Below are positions 39,266-52,300 of a stretch of 64,000 nt of DNA, one piece after another (position 1 is the first letter of the stretch; the number at the start of each line of letters is the position of its first letter). The DNA comes from Tubiluchus corallicola. Lineage: Eukaryota; Animalia; Priapulida. The stretch spans positions 868,001 through 932,000 of the forward strand of contig JAQGDQ010000006.1 in assembly GCA_030141605.1 (NCBI GenBank). The letters run 5' to 3'. Made by a program: the position numbers and the translations under genes. The notes beneath the pieces are model-generated. The model saw only the letters and a list, made by a program, of their open reading frames with translations, was not told the origin of the DNA and searched no databases.

Positions 39266-40146
39266 TGTTGGGAGCCGTTTGGACCACTGCGCCAAGTAGA
39301 CCACTTGATGCGCTAAAAGTAGTGTCCTACATGGGCAGCCCAAGTAGGACACTAGCGATTTTTGTCGAGAAACTTGCTCTGGCAAAACTTGTTTCCAGTT
39401 TATATTACCATTGTTTATAAGTATTGTTATGACATAATAAAGCATAAAACAAAATTTCTTTTAGAAATGGATATTCCTTGGCAATTTACAAATGCATTTC
39501 TTACAATAATTTCATCATTATGATTAACTCCTTTAATATATCATAACATTAAACCTAGTATCTAATGCTTTAAAGAGAGAAATTCTGCACACAGTTATTA
39601 CAGAAATAATTGCAAATTTAAAAATGAGACAGATGTTGCTAAGCCTTCACAACACCAAAAAGTAATTTTTAACATTTAAGAAAAGCAAGGATAATTAGTT
39701 TTAATATTATCAGTAGTATTGTAACATGTAGGGCACTGTCCTACATGGCTCGCTAGCCCATGTAGGACACATAGATCGCTAGAACGTTTACTTATAAGAA
39801 AACAATTATTTGCCCAAGAGGTAGTGAAACGGATCACCTGTTTGTGAAGTGAGACAAAATCAAAAATGATATACCTTAAACAAATGTTGAATTCGCAAAA
39901 AAGTGAGGTTTTTTCACTTCAACAACATTAATATCGAAACCAAATTTAATATTGTCCGTTCTACCAGCTCAGAATAAAATTCTTTTATTTTATTAGATGT
40001 ATAATAAATTATTCAACGTGTATTAACGTTTTTAATTATTATTATTACATAAACAAGCACAACGGACGATGTACCGCGGTCTACTTAGGCTAGCCCAAGT
40101 AGACCAATTGGTCTACTTGGCGCAGTGGTCCAAACGGCTCCCAACA
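39266..40146. mobile_element. 881-bp non-autonomous TIR DNA transposon with TGT...ACA ends and 5-bp TSD
   Basis: Perfect 38-bp TIRs TGTTGGGAGCCGTTTGGACCACTGCGCCAAGTAGACCA (39266-39303, 40109-40146), GAAGT on both flanks (39261-39265, 40147-40151), no coding capacity. Confidence 0.9.
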
Positions 40147-40949
40147 GAAGTACATGTATCGGAAAAGGTGTAATTGTAATATGGGAAATCCCAAAATGCT
40201 TGGAAACCAGCACAAAACGTAGCAAGTTTTGTCATACTGCTAACAGGGATTGCTAAAAGAAAGTAAAACAACGAAATTATTTTTTTAAAACGGATTTAGC
40301 TATGCCCAGGTAACAGAAGTAATATTAAATTGTAAGACATGAGCTTTAAGCTCACGTCAAGAAAGCATTGATCTAGGCAATTGATAAGCTGTGCTTACCT
40401 CCTTTATTATAGTTTAACGAATTATTGGTAATTGTTTAGGCAAGTTAATATGCACATTTTTGAGCAAAAGTTATTAAAATATGTGTAGAAACTCATTACT
40501 CAGACACGATTTCACATCCCTGAAATTGACAGGTTTGATTGGGCGTCATCTAATTTACTTCCTTACTTAGGCGAAGGAATTATGCACTAGCTATTTCTCT
40601 ATACTAACTAATACTATATATAGTAATACTATATAGTAATATAGTACTAAGTTACTTAAGTACTAAAAAAAATTACAGGCGTTCTTTTATTCTGTGTGCT
40701 GTTTTACCCGTGGTTTCCGGCAGGGCGAAGATGTAATTAAGGCTTACTCAACGAGTTAGAAAGAAGAATAAGGCCTAACAGCCCATTAAGTGAAAGGTGA
40801 GAGGAAAAAGTAAGCAGCTGTAAGTAAGTATGCACACATAGGCTTTATGCTTTGTAGATAGGCGCACTACATTTAAACTGAAAATTCGTTAAAAAATTAA
40901 TAATTAAAAGCATAAAAGTTAGGAAGTTAAACAAAAACTAAAAAGAAAA

Positions 40950-43900
40950 ATTAAGGAAATGAACTAAATAGAGATTGCAATTGACAAACAAATGACAGAA
41001 GAAGAAAAATACGAGAAATGAAGAAAATCGGATAACAGAAAGACGGATAGTTTGGGAGACCATAGAGTGAACATTGATGTGGCTGGAATAGAACTAGTAC
41101 GATTAGATAGAACAGAAGAAGAGAACATAAGAGTATTAGATGGTAGGGAGCAGGAGAATAGTGATAATTGCAACATATGTGAAAGCAGGTACACAGAACA
41201 GGACATGATCCAGTGTTATGTGTAAAAATTGGGTACATAATAAATGCCCACGATTACCGATGTATCAATTTGTAATCCTGCAAAGGGTAAAAAAGAGAAA
41301 GTTTACATGTGAACATTGTGCAGCTAGTAAGTATGGAGTTGAAATTGACAGCGAAAGCATGGATGTAGAAACAACAAAAGGCCAATTTAAAGAATTACAA
41401 AAACAACTAAAAACAGTGTCAAGTGAGAATATGATCATAGGCACAAAACTCGGAGCTCAAAAAGCTGAAATAGCACAACTGGTAAACAAAATAAGGGTGC
41501 TAGATGCAGGAAAAGAAAAAGGATAAAAAGAGAGTGCAGAAGCCACTAGAAAACTAAGGTGATGTAACAAGAAGTAGTAGATTTTAAGAATAGACATGAA
41601 GGTAAAGAAGCTGAACTGAAGAGGACTCACGATCAATGCATTGAGCTAGAAGAAAAATACAAAGTAAAAAGTGCTGAAGTATTTGAACATAGACGAGCAA
41701 TATCAAATCTCGATGAACATCTAGAGCAGGTCAAAATGGCAAATGAATATTTAGAAATGCAAAACAGTCAGATGAAACGTGAGCCGAAATAAAATGTAAA
41801 GGAAGATGAAAGGAGTTAACTAAAAGAGAGTGACACCAGAAATCATTATCAAAAAAGTGTAGAAAATGGAAAGATCAGTAGGGAGTTAAGTGTTTAAGAA
41901 ATATGCGATGACAATAAGGTAAGTGAAAATAAGGCAAAAACGGATGATGGTGATAAAAGAGATAAGAAGCAAAAGTTGTGTTGGAGTATGACAAGATACA
42001 CGTACTGTAAGTATGAAAGCAAACGTCATTTCAGGCACTACTTTTTGCCCGAAAAAAACAAAATGTAAATGAGAGAAAAGGGTACACTTGGAGGGGAAGA
42101 TCAGAAGAAGACAAATCCTTGTGTAAGAATTTCGATAGAGGATTCGATATATGATGTGCATCATGTAAATCTATATCATCAAGAAGATGTAGATTTAGAC
42201 ACAAATACACAGAATATGAAATGCGTGTAATGCAACAAAGAGACAACATGCAAATAAATGATAGAAACAGAAGAGAATATGAAGAAAATTATGACAGTGC
42301 AGAATATGAGACGCAGAAAAAGCTACCATCAGAAATGTAGAAACACAAGAGAGAGTAGTGATGGCAAAAAATAGACAATATCCAGTACCATCAGATATAT
42401 GAAATGATTGCAATTACAGAAGTGAATTTTTTATTGCAACGAATGAACACAGTAGAGGAATGGATACAAAACAGAGGACTTTGGGATTATGCAAGTCAGT
42501 TTCCAACATTTAGTCTCAGAATGTAGGAAACCAACAAATGAGTGCATACTATGCATAAATGAAAACAGAAATAAACAAAGAAGATCAAAAAGAAGTGTAG
42601 ATAAGTATAAAAATTTTAAATTGTTTTATGCAAGTTGTAGGGGTGTCAAGACAAAAACCGGTGCACTGTTAGAAATAATAGAAGAAATTAGTCCATCAGT
42701 ATTAATGCTAGTGAGGGAAGTTTAATAATAGCTGTTAAAAATGAACTAAAAAAGTAACAGTAATATGGATTGTAATAAATAATAAAAGAATTAAACTGAG
42801 AGTTTGCCTAGAGTATGGACCACAAGAATTAAGAACAAACAGAAAACAAATAAAAAAAGTGTATAAAAAAATAAGGGGGCCATTATGAATTGACAAAATA
42901 AATAAACAAAATATAGTAGTAGCAGGCGATTTTAATGCAAAAATGGGGAACTAAAATAACAGAAAATAATGAGGAAGTTACATTTGCAGGACGTCAATTA
43001 TTAGACTTCTTAGCAAGACAAAGAATGGGTTTAATTAATGAAATGACGTAGTGGATTATGGACTAGAATCCAAAATAAACAGAAACCAGTATTAGACTAT
43101 GTTATGGTATTTGAAGAGGATGTAAATAGTGTACAGAACATGTTAGTAGATGAGAAGAAGAGTTATGGACTTTACAGTGTTAAAAAAGAAAGTGGGCAAA
43201 TTAAATACACTTACTTGCATCATAATTCAATAATTGTGAATATGAACTGAAGTAAACTATACGTGGAATAAGAAAGAAAATGAAACTAAAGTTTTCAAGG
43301 TAAATAGGAAAGACCTAGAACAATTTCGATTGAAAATACAGAAAGTGATTTAAAAAAATTATCCGAAAAAATGAGGACATTATAGTACAATACAGAAAAT
43401 GGCAACACATGCCATTTATCATGGGAGAGTGCTTTAGCAAGAACATACGAAAAACATAAGAAAACAGACAAAAATTAGTAGAATTTTGATGAAGCAAAAA
43501 AGAAGATAATTAAAAAAATACTAGTGACGAAAGAAAGTGCAAAATGTTGCAAATTAGAGAAAAGAGGTTAGAAGAAATATTGTATCAACACAACCAAGAA
43601 AGATATTATAATGGAATGAATAAGGTAATTAGAGAGGAATAAAAAGTGAGTCAGGCTTAAATGCTAATGCATTTTGGGAATTTAAAAAGAAAAAGGGGGA
43701 AGATATGGTGGCCATGTATGATGAAAATGATGAATTAATAGAAGAGTTTGATGATATTCTAATTGTATTTGAGAAATACTATGAAATCCTGTTAAAACCA
43801 AACAAAGCCACAACAATAAAGGAAAAAATGGCTGAAGTGTAGGTAAGTGAGAAGTTGAAATTGCTGGAAGGAGGAGAAAAGAACCAAGTGGAGAAAATAA

Positions 43901-44300
43901 CAGAACAAGCGATTAGAAATGAAATTAAAGAATTAAAGAAAATCAGCAGATAAACAGCAGTGGAGAAGTGAAATGTTAATAATGGCAGGTGATCAATAAA
44001 AGCCTTCACATTAATGTTTAACAGAATATGTGAAACAGGAGTTATTCCCGAAGAGCGGAAAAAAATGACAATTAAATCGATATATAAAGGGCGGTGGTAA
44101 AAAAGGGAAATGAGGAGTGGAAGGGCAATATGTTTAACCAACATAATATGTAAATTTAGAAGTAGGAATGCTATTGTACGTAGATGACATCTTAGGAATG
44201 GGGTTTAAAAAAACAGTAAAGCAATTAATGGAGAATTTTAGAGAATTCGAAGAATTAAAGAAAGTAAGATTTAATATAGAGAAAACAAATTACATAATTT
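40950..44300 (+). mobile_element. Decayed CR1-group LINE (ORF1 with PHD finger and coiled coil; ORF2 APE endonuclease and partial RT)
   Basis: Very A-rich + strand. CNICES...IQCYVCKNWVHNKC...FTCEHC (41170-41320), FYASCRGVK (~42625), VYGPQE (~42812), IVVAGDFNAK (~42912), VLDYV (~43089), FNRICETGVIPE (~44018), GMLLYVDDILG (~44165). Many stops and deletions. Confidence 0.8.
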
Positions 44301-44349
44301 AGTATGAATTATAGCTGGAAAATTCGAATATTTGTTTTAAATTACAATT

Positions 44350-44425
44350 TACCATACCTTGTAAAGTTATAGGACCTAGATTTGAACTCGGGTACAGTCA
44401 CTTCTCAAAGGTGCCTTACAGCAAT
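44350..44425 (-). mobile_element. Possible tRNA-derived SINE head
   Basis: The minus strand GTACCCGAGTTCAAATCTAGGTCC resembles a Pol III B box / T-arm. No intact cloverleaf. Confidence 0.25.
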
Positions 44426-46371
44426 TGATTGATGGTGCTTCTATGGTTGCATGGTGCTTCTATGGTTGCAGTTGGCAATTGATTCTATAGGCAAAATAAC
44501 ATGGAAGGCGAAAAAATGGGCAGAATATGCATGAGTAAGGAACATACAGCTTCAAGTGACCTTCAAGAGGGCTAGAAAGTCGAAAAAAGAAATCACCTTC
44601 CAGCAGAACTGCTAGGCCATGACAATTAAAAATTATTCGCCCACTCAGATATTTTTCTTCTACGCTCGTCATGATAATCCCATGGATAGTCCCACAGACA
44701 CATAGAAATAGATAAAAAATACAGTGCAGCAGTCAGTCTGGATGTTAACTGTTAAGCTGGAATAATAAATTTATGCAAATCCATGCTTTTGCCTGGATTG
44801 AGCAATGTCATTTATTCAGCACTTACTCCCTGCTGGTCTGGAAAGTTAAATTTAGCTGTGCCTTTGCTTTTACCTGAACTGTTTATTAATGTACTTGTAG
44901 AGTTCGTTGATTTTTGACTATTTATTCTTGTATAATAAACATTCTGTGGTATTTGAACGAACTTTTTCAAAATGTTCCCAGGGACCTCAGGCCCTATCTT
45001 ACAGGCTTGTAGACATCAGCTGGGGCCTTAACTCGGGCCCAGAGATGTGCATACCACTGTGGGGTCTTTACCTTTATGGGACCTCAGGCCCTACCTTATA
45101 CATTTTAAATATTGTTATAGTTATTATGGCCTATGGCCCAAGTCCGACAAAGTGTTGCGATGTCACTAAGAAACATTTTGATCACTTTCATTTGGGCATA
45201 TCCTTAACATGTTTTGCTCTTTTTTAGTCTTTTTTATTTAACTTTCCACAAAGCTCATAATGCTAGGTAGAAATATATGTATATATATGCGCCAGATACC
45301 AATCGCCTTGCAGAAGCTCACAAGCACCAACTTACCTATGCAAAAGCCCCGAGTCAGCATAACAAACACCGTTCTGCTTTACTTTAGTGTAACTGAGCAG
45401 TTTGTCCTAGCCTTCACACTGTCTTAGGCTCTTAAATACTCTCAGCTTTTTAGCCATGTCATTGTCAAGCCCTATCCCAGGACATTAATATGCAAGTTTT
45501 GTGACATTACGAATTATATTTTTGAGTTATTCTATATTATGACTTGAACTGATCAAGGCAAATGCATGAATAGCTTTATACAGCTGATGCAGAGAATGCT
45601 TTCAGCCATTTGTATATGATGTTAATTTATTCTAGTGGAGTGTGTGATTTGCCAATAATGTTGAAAATAGTAAACAACAGGGTAGTCAGGGTATGGATAC
45701 TTTTCGATTTGCTTCATTTGCAGATAAAGATCTATCCATACAGTTAATGTGATGATTATTGACCACATTTTATTATTGATCCCATGACATACGTTCTACT
45801 ACAAATTCATGTAGCTAATTGTGTGAACAATGTTTATTACATTACTTAAAAATACCTAGTTCCAACTGTTTGGGCTTATAGAAATCATTGTCTTGTTAGC
45901 AAAGGTCCTGATGCTTAAGACAAAAACTTTGAAGGAGGTCGATCTTTAAAAAACCACCCTTTCAACCACTCGAGAAACTACCAAAATACTTCTCAAAATA
46001 TCCACTCAAGGTGTCAATTGATTTCCTTGCACTAAAATATTACCCTGTAAAATGAGCCTATGTGTTAGCTTATGGATTAATTGGTCACGAGTATTGCATA
46101 AATGTGGTTTTCTGCTTCCTTCTTGTTGTTGTTGAATTAGCTTTAAGATATAAACATCAGTACAAAGATTTGTGGTAAACAAATGCACAAATGTGATAAG
46201 AATTGATACAGTAACACAGAAGAAGCATAATGCTTGCATAAAAATTTGCATTGTGATATTAGTTTAGTGACAGATCTATCAATACCCATTGTTTCGATAC
46301 ATTTGTACAACAATCTTTTTCTAGCCGTAGCGGGATGTTAGTGCAGTGATTTATTATCGTTCCTACAAATT

Positions 46372-49300
46372 ATGGCAGTGAAGCTACAGTCCGGAGATGT
46401 ATTAGATGCCGAGCTGGATTTCATTCAAGAACTTAACTACATTGATGATGAAGATGCAAATGAATTAACACCAGACGCATTAGATGTGGTAGATGATGAG
46501 AGAAGCAAATCTCCAGGTTTGAGTCAAATAAAATAATAACTTTGTTAGTGTTATGTGTGTGTTCAGCAAACTACTGTTTTTTTTGACAGTGGCAGTATTA
46601 TTAACTTAATTACTTTACAATTTTATATATCTATATACACATTTTATACCTATTTTGTATATAACCAAAGTTTTGTAATATACATGTTTAAAGCATACTT
46701 TTCAACAACTAGTGCTACTCCTAAAGTTTCCAGCAGTACAATGAATTACTTTAGTTAACATGTTTGCAGTGAATGTTTTTTTCTTTGTAGATTTCTTTTT
46801 GTTTCATGAAATATTGAACTATCCCATTACTAATAATCTGATATTTATAATAATAAGAGGTACGAGTTACATTGGCAGCAGTAGTTGAACTGGCTGAGGT
46901 AACTTAACCACATTTATAAAGCTTTGCACGTCTTCCCTCAGCAAGGTAAACAACCAGATGCAGTATAGCAAGTGAAACCATATAAAAGCAATTTTTCTGG
47001 GAGATCACCCACCTGTTTGCTAGCCAGGTTTACCATTGCAGTTTACTTTACCCACCCGAACCCATGTAATATCAGCTTTTCCCCTCTCATTGTATGAGTT
47101 TCAGTAGTTCAGCGAAACTTTGCTGACAAATTTAGAGAACACCCTCTGCCTAATGATTATTCGAGGTTCAATGGAACCCTAATATGTTTAAAAAACATTA
47201 TTTTCCTAACCAAAGATTTGTCCATGTGACTTTCACCCACCTAGAAAATGTACAGATTGCTTTGAAGTATTGTTGCTTCATTCTGAGCTCCAAAATAAAT
47301 AATCTTGCATAGTATTCTGTTACCTCACAATCTAAATGACTAGGCATTTTTGGCAAGTCCTTAATTTTTCTCAACTGCAGCTCAAGGTACTGCAGGTAAT
47401 ACATGGAAGATAAGAAGAGAGATGATAAGGAAATCAAAAATTCGCAGATGATAGTAAACGTTTATAAATTATACATAAATGTTTTACAGGACATGGGAAT
47501 TTTGCAAATACGATAAAAGGTTGTAGTCTATTGTCTTGTGATGCTATAGTTGAAATTCATTATCTGTTTTTTTTAAATGCTAAAACCCAGAGGATCTAAT
47601 GCAGTCAAATAAGCCAGGCTAATTATGTTTTTCCTTAAGCAGTCAGCTCTGAGTTTAAGTACTCACGTAATTAGTCAAACTTTAAATTAATAACATATTC
47701 TATTAAACAGTAATTTTTCTTTTTATCCAACTTAAAAAATTGTGCGTTATCATTCTAAATCAACACAGGTGAAGATTTCACAGTTTCATGCATTATAAAT
47801 AAGTATACAAATATGATGAACGTTTTGCACAAAAAAATCTCATTATTTTGATACAGCAAATTGAAATTTATCATAATGAGTAACGAGGGTTATTTACCTT
47901 CAAAGAAATATATGTGTACAGCTGTCAGACAAGCTAAGTCTAGTCCATAAGTATATATTTTAGAAATACAGCAAAGTTTCAATACAGACTCACCATATAC
48001 ACTCAAACATTGGTTACACAATATTATTGATACTATATTACCTTAGTTGTATTTCAGTGGTGTACTATTTATTTTTCAAACGCCTTCTTCCTTTATAACA
48101 ATTACATTCCAAACAGATCTCATTATGTCTGACTTGTTTTTGTACTTGAATTCAGTGTTCAGTCCTTGTAAATTCCCTATATAAGGGAGTGAATACTTGG
48201 ACGCTTTCTCGAAAACTTGCACAGGATCTTCATTCCACATAGTAAAGTGTCTGTATTGCAGCCGATATGGAATGCGGTTTATTTTGATCCTAGCTTTTAG
48301 TCTAGCGATCCCTGTTATTGCTGCATCATCTATAAATAGTGGGGCAATTTTAAGACTTGTCTTATATAGCTGTTTAGCAACATCGAATGTCATAAAAACA
48401 GCTGTGCCTGAACAAAAATCTGGAAATCTTGTGGCTGGATAAATGTTCCGGGATACTTTATACTTTCCGTTTCGGAAAACTACTGGGTTTTTCATAACGT
48501 AGCACAGTAGAGCACCTTGCTGATTATGCTTGTGATGATAATTTTTCAGAAATGGTAGAGTTTTATATGTATTTATTATCACATCATCATCGCCTTTAAA
48601 TATCCACTGAGTTGAATTTTCACAATAATCTGTTACCCATCTAAGCAAAGATAAATGCTTCATCGTAAGATTGTGATAAGTATCTCTAAAATCAGCTTGT
48701 ATAATGTCACCATATTTTGCATCTTCTTTTTCTATCTGCCATTGCTGTGTAATATTGTAGGGATTCCCTAGTACAAAGAAAAATGCCATTTTACCATAAG
48801 TGCTCTCGTGCCTTTGAACTTCTTTCAGCCAGGTTTCACGAATTGCATCTCTTTGCTGTTTGTTGCCTATAGCACTGTGTATGAAACCGAGTAAAAAGTA
48901 TTTTTCACTATAACATACGTCTGGATGATTAATAATGAACTTCATTTGGCGTGGAATGATGTGTACTGGAATGTTGTCATATTCACTCTCAGCTAAATGC
49001 TTTCTTGCGTTGTCTAAAAAGTAAATCTCTTTAGGTGTATATACTGTCACCAGCAAGGCATGCCAAACTGAGGTAGCAATAATTACCAGCACCAGCATGT
49101 ATATGTGGCCACTCTGTAAGCAACATAATATTCGTGCACGCTTAATTTTCATTACGCACTTGTTACTCACATTAGGCTCCTTTATTCACACTGGAACACT
49201 CCATATTGTTTACTAGAGCTCGTCAATGTGTGCATGTTCAGAATAAGTTTCCCACAGGCAAATTTTGTACTGCCCTAAATGAAAAATATTGACATATCAG

Positions 49301-52300
49301 TATTGACATTTGTTCTCAACCCGCTAGCCAAAAGCGAAAATTCTTTATTAATTAGCACTGCACGCAGCATGAGTAGCAGCTAAGTACGAACGAATGATAT
49401 TTTCGTTTCAGCAATATAATTAGTATGGAAATATTTTCACTGAATTAGCATTGATTTATGAGGCTGCAGAAAAATATTTTCTCTGCTAAAGTAAATTGCT
49501 ATAATACAGTAAACTCTGCATAATTCGGTTCTGTGTAATTCGGAATGTCGCTCATTTTCAGACATAATGGATTTGTTTATATATATATATATATATATGT
49601 ATTAATCGCAAAACTCGTTATTTTTAACTCACTATATCACCGAAGAAACAGTCAGAAAACCATTCAATAAATACTACTGTGTACTTATGCATGTGACATG
49701 TGTAACATGTCTTATTTCCCGAGAAATTTGCATCCATATATTCAATGTCCCATTCGCGCCACTAATTCTTCGCTGCTACATGCATTTCGCCATTCGCTAG
49801 TTAGATGGGCACTAACACCTGCACTTAGTTCTAAACTGATGCTGTACCTCTCAGTTCAAGTGTTGGTCTGTGGCACAATACACATGTTTGATGGCTCAAG
49901 CATGAGCGTTGTGCAGACATTTCGCCACAAAGACATTTGGACACATAGGTCATTTGGGCAAATAAGAAATTTCGACACGAGGACACAAGGACATTTAGAC
50001 TCGTGGTTAATTCGATGCATAAGCTGTTTACTCTAGGAGTTTTGACCAAAAACCATACAGAGAAAACATTCATACTGCGCCTGGTGGGACTCTATGAAGA
50101 ATCTATATAGCTTATGGAAAGAGGAGCATATGATGGTGTGGGTCTCTTTTAAGGATGCCTCCATCAGCAGGAGTGGCTGCGAATTGACTGAAGGTTCCAT
50201 TTCGAAAGATTCTTGCTTGGAAAACTGCTGCGCATTATATTGTACTCTGCCGATAGTATTGCTTCAATAAAAGCTGGTGGCTATTATTGCTGTATAACGA
50301 GTAAACATGGTTCAAATAAAAGTTTGCAAAGATTATGTAAAATTTTCATCCATTAATGATAGTCAGTGGCTGGGCCTAAGAGCATTTTTACTTTCATACA
50401 GTTTCAACTAGGTGCAAAATGTTGTGAAAAAGGCTTTTGTCAATATATGTAGCAACATAAACCAAACTGCTTTAGTGGCACAAACACTTTATTATTGACT
50501 GTCTTTTCTGTACACTACGTTGTGACTACTAGATTAAAACTTGTAAAAGCTCAAATCAGTTGAAACTGGTTAACCTTGGGCAATGCATATCAGAAACCAG
50601 TCAGGTGAGAAAATTATTCACTGTAGTCTAGCTTGCTGTAAAGTTGTAATGTTGCTAAAGTTTATAAAGTTTATAGTGTTCATAAACAGACTCGTGAATC
50701 AGTTCACGACACTCCCGCCAGCCAGAATTCCTTTGATCCTTTGTTGCGCTTTAACTGCAGCTTGTCGACGTGGTCGTGGAGCATCTGAATCAGGTTTCTT
50801 GCCATTAGCATCTTCATCATCATTGGCCATTTTGGACCCCAGCTGGTAATTAACACCATTTGATCCAGAATTTGCTGCAGTCTCCAATGGGTGCAATAGT
50901 TTAACTGAACAATTAATATGCCGACCATTTGGCAATCTCAATGTTACTGCACGGATAGTTCCATCAGCGCTTGGGATGTGACTGGACACTCTTCCAAGCT
51001 TCCATTGTGCTCTTGGTTGCATGCCATCACGAACCAAAACCGTTTGTCCGGCCACAGGTACCGATGATACTGAACTGCGGTCTCGTTGTGCCCACCTTTC
51101 TCTTAAGCTGAGGAGATAATCATTCCTCCATGAAGTCCAGAAGAGGTTAAGTTGATGCTGGGAGCTCTTCCACAGAGCTACAAGTCTTTCAGCTGAATCT
51201 GATTTCACGGGAAAGGTAGGATCAGGTTCTGGAAGGATGGAAGGAGTACCCAATTTAGGATTACCTAGAAAATGTGCAGGGTGATGAAGTCTCCCGAGCT
51301 GACATCAGTGTCAACATAAGCCAATGGCCTCGAATTTAAAATCCCTTCAACTTCTGTGATGATTGTTTGCAGTTGTACGAGATTAAGATGAGATTTGCCT
51401 AAAGCGTTTCATAAAGACTTCTTCACAGATTGGATCAGACGCTCATAAAAGCCGCCAAACCATGGTGCAAGCTCAACTATGAAATTCCAGCGAATCCGTT
51501 CTTTGGCAATGTAGTTCTAAACTTGATCACTGTAAATCGCTGATTCCCAAACTTTGTCTAAAGTTGATGCTGCCAACTTAAATGTCTTTGCATTGTCAGA
51601 GATAATTTGATTTGGTTTACCGCGACGTGATATAAATCGACGCAGACTCAGAAAACTATGCGCAATGAGATCTTCCACTACTTCTAGATGGATTACTCTA
51701 ATTGCAGCACATGTATAGAGGCAAACCCAAACTTTGAACAAGTTTCCATCTCGTGTCTTGATGTACAGCGGACCCATGTAATCAATTCCAGTAGTACTAA
51801 ATGGTGGACCTTCTTCATTAACACGGCCACTTGGAAGCGGTGGTTCCTTTGGTACGGAAAAGTGACTTCCATGCCATCTTGTGCATTTCAAGCATTGTTT
51901 AACAAGCCGCAGAACTGCTGCACGTCCTTGTGGAATCCAGTAATCTTTTCTCAACTGAGCAAGCAAATGTTTTGGTCCTGCATGGCCAAGTCGTTCATGT
52001 GCATCTATGTCGTTGTGAACGACCGAAAATCATAAAAACATACATTTAATTTGCAATTAGATTAAATACCTGTAAAACCGCTATTACTGTAGTACATATG
52101 GCTTCTATCTATCTGTTACCTATTCTAGAAATGGGTTTAACCTAATAGTGAACGGTTGCTCTAGTTTTGCTATATTCGGTACTACGAGTTGGCTTTTACA
52201 AGACATTATGTGCAGACATCATTTTACCTATATTTCTGTGGAGACTTCTGTATCAATAAACGTTTAAAGTATATTCTACAGTTATGCCTTTTGTCAACAC

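Noticed and set aside
39266-40146. CRISPR-like or REP-like palindromic array
   Set aside because: Repeats are inverted and irregularly spaced inside a TIR/TSD-bounded element, there are no cas genes, and the context is eukaryotic.
41218-41526. Host PHD-finger gene
   Set aside because: Continuous with decayed LINE ORF1/ORF2 sequence; stops and frameshifts; no exon structure.
44432-44469. 19-bp tandem duplication ATGGTGCTTCTATGGTTGC x2
   Set aside because: Ordinary local slippage duplication with no further structure.
49845-50010. rRNA- or snRNA-like fragment and GACATTT repeats
   Set aside because: Similarity to structural RNAs is too short to support; more likely subterminal repeats of a decayed DNA transposon.
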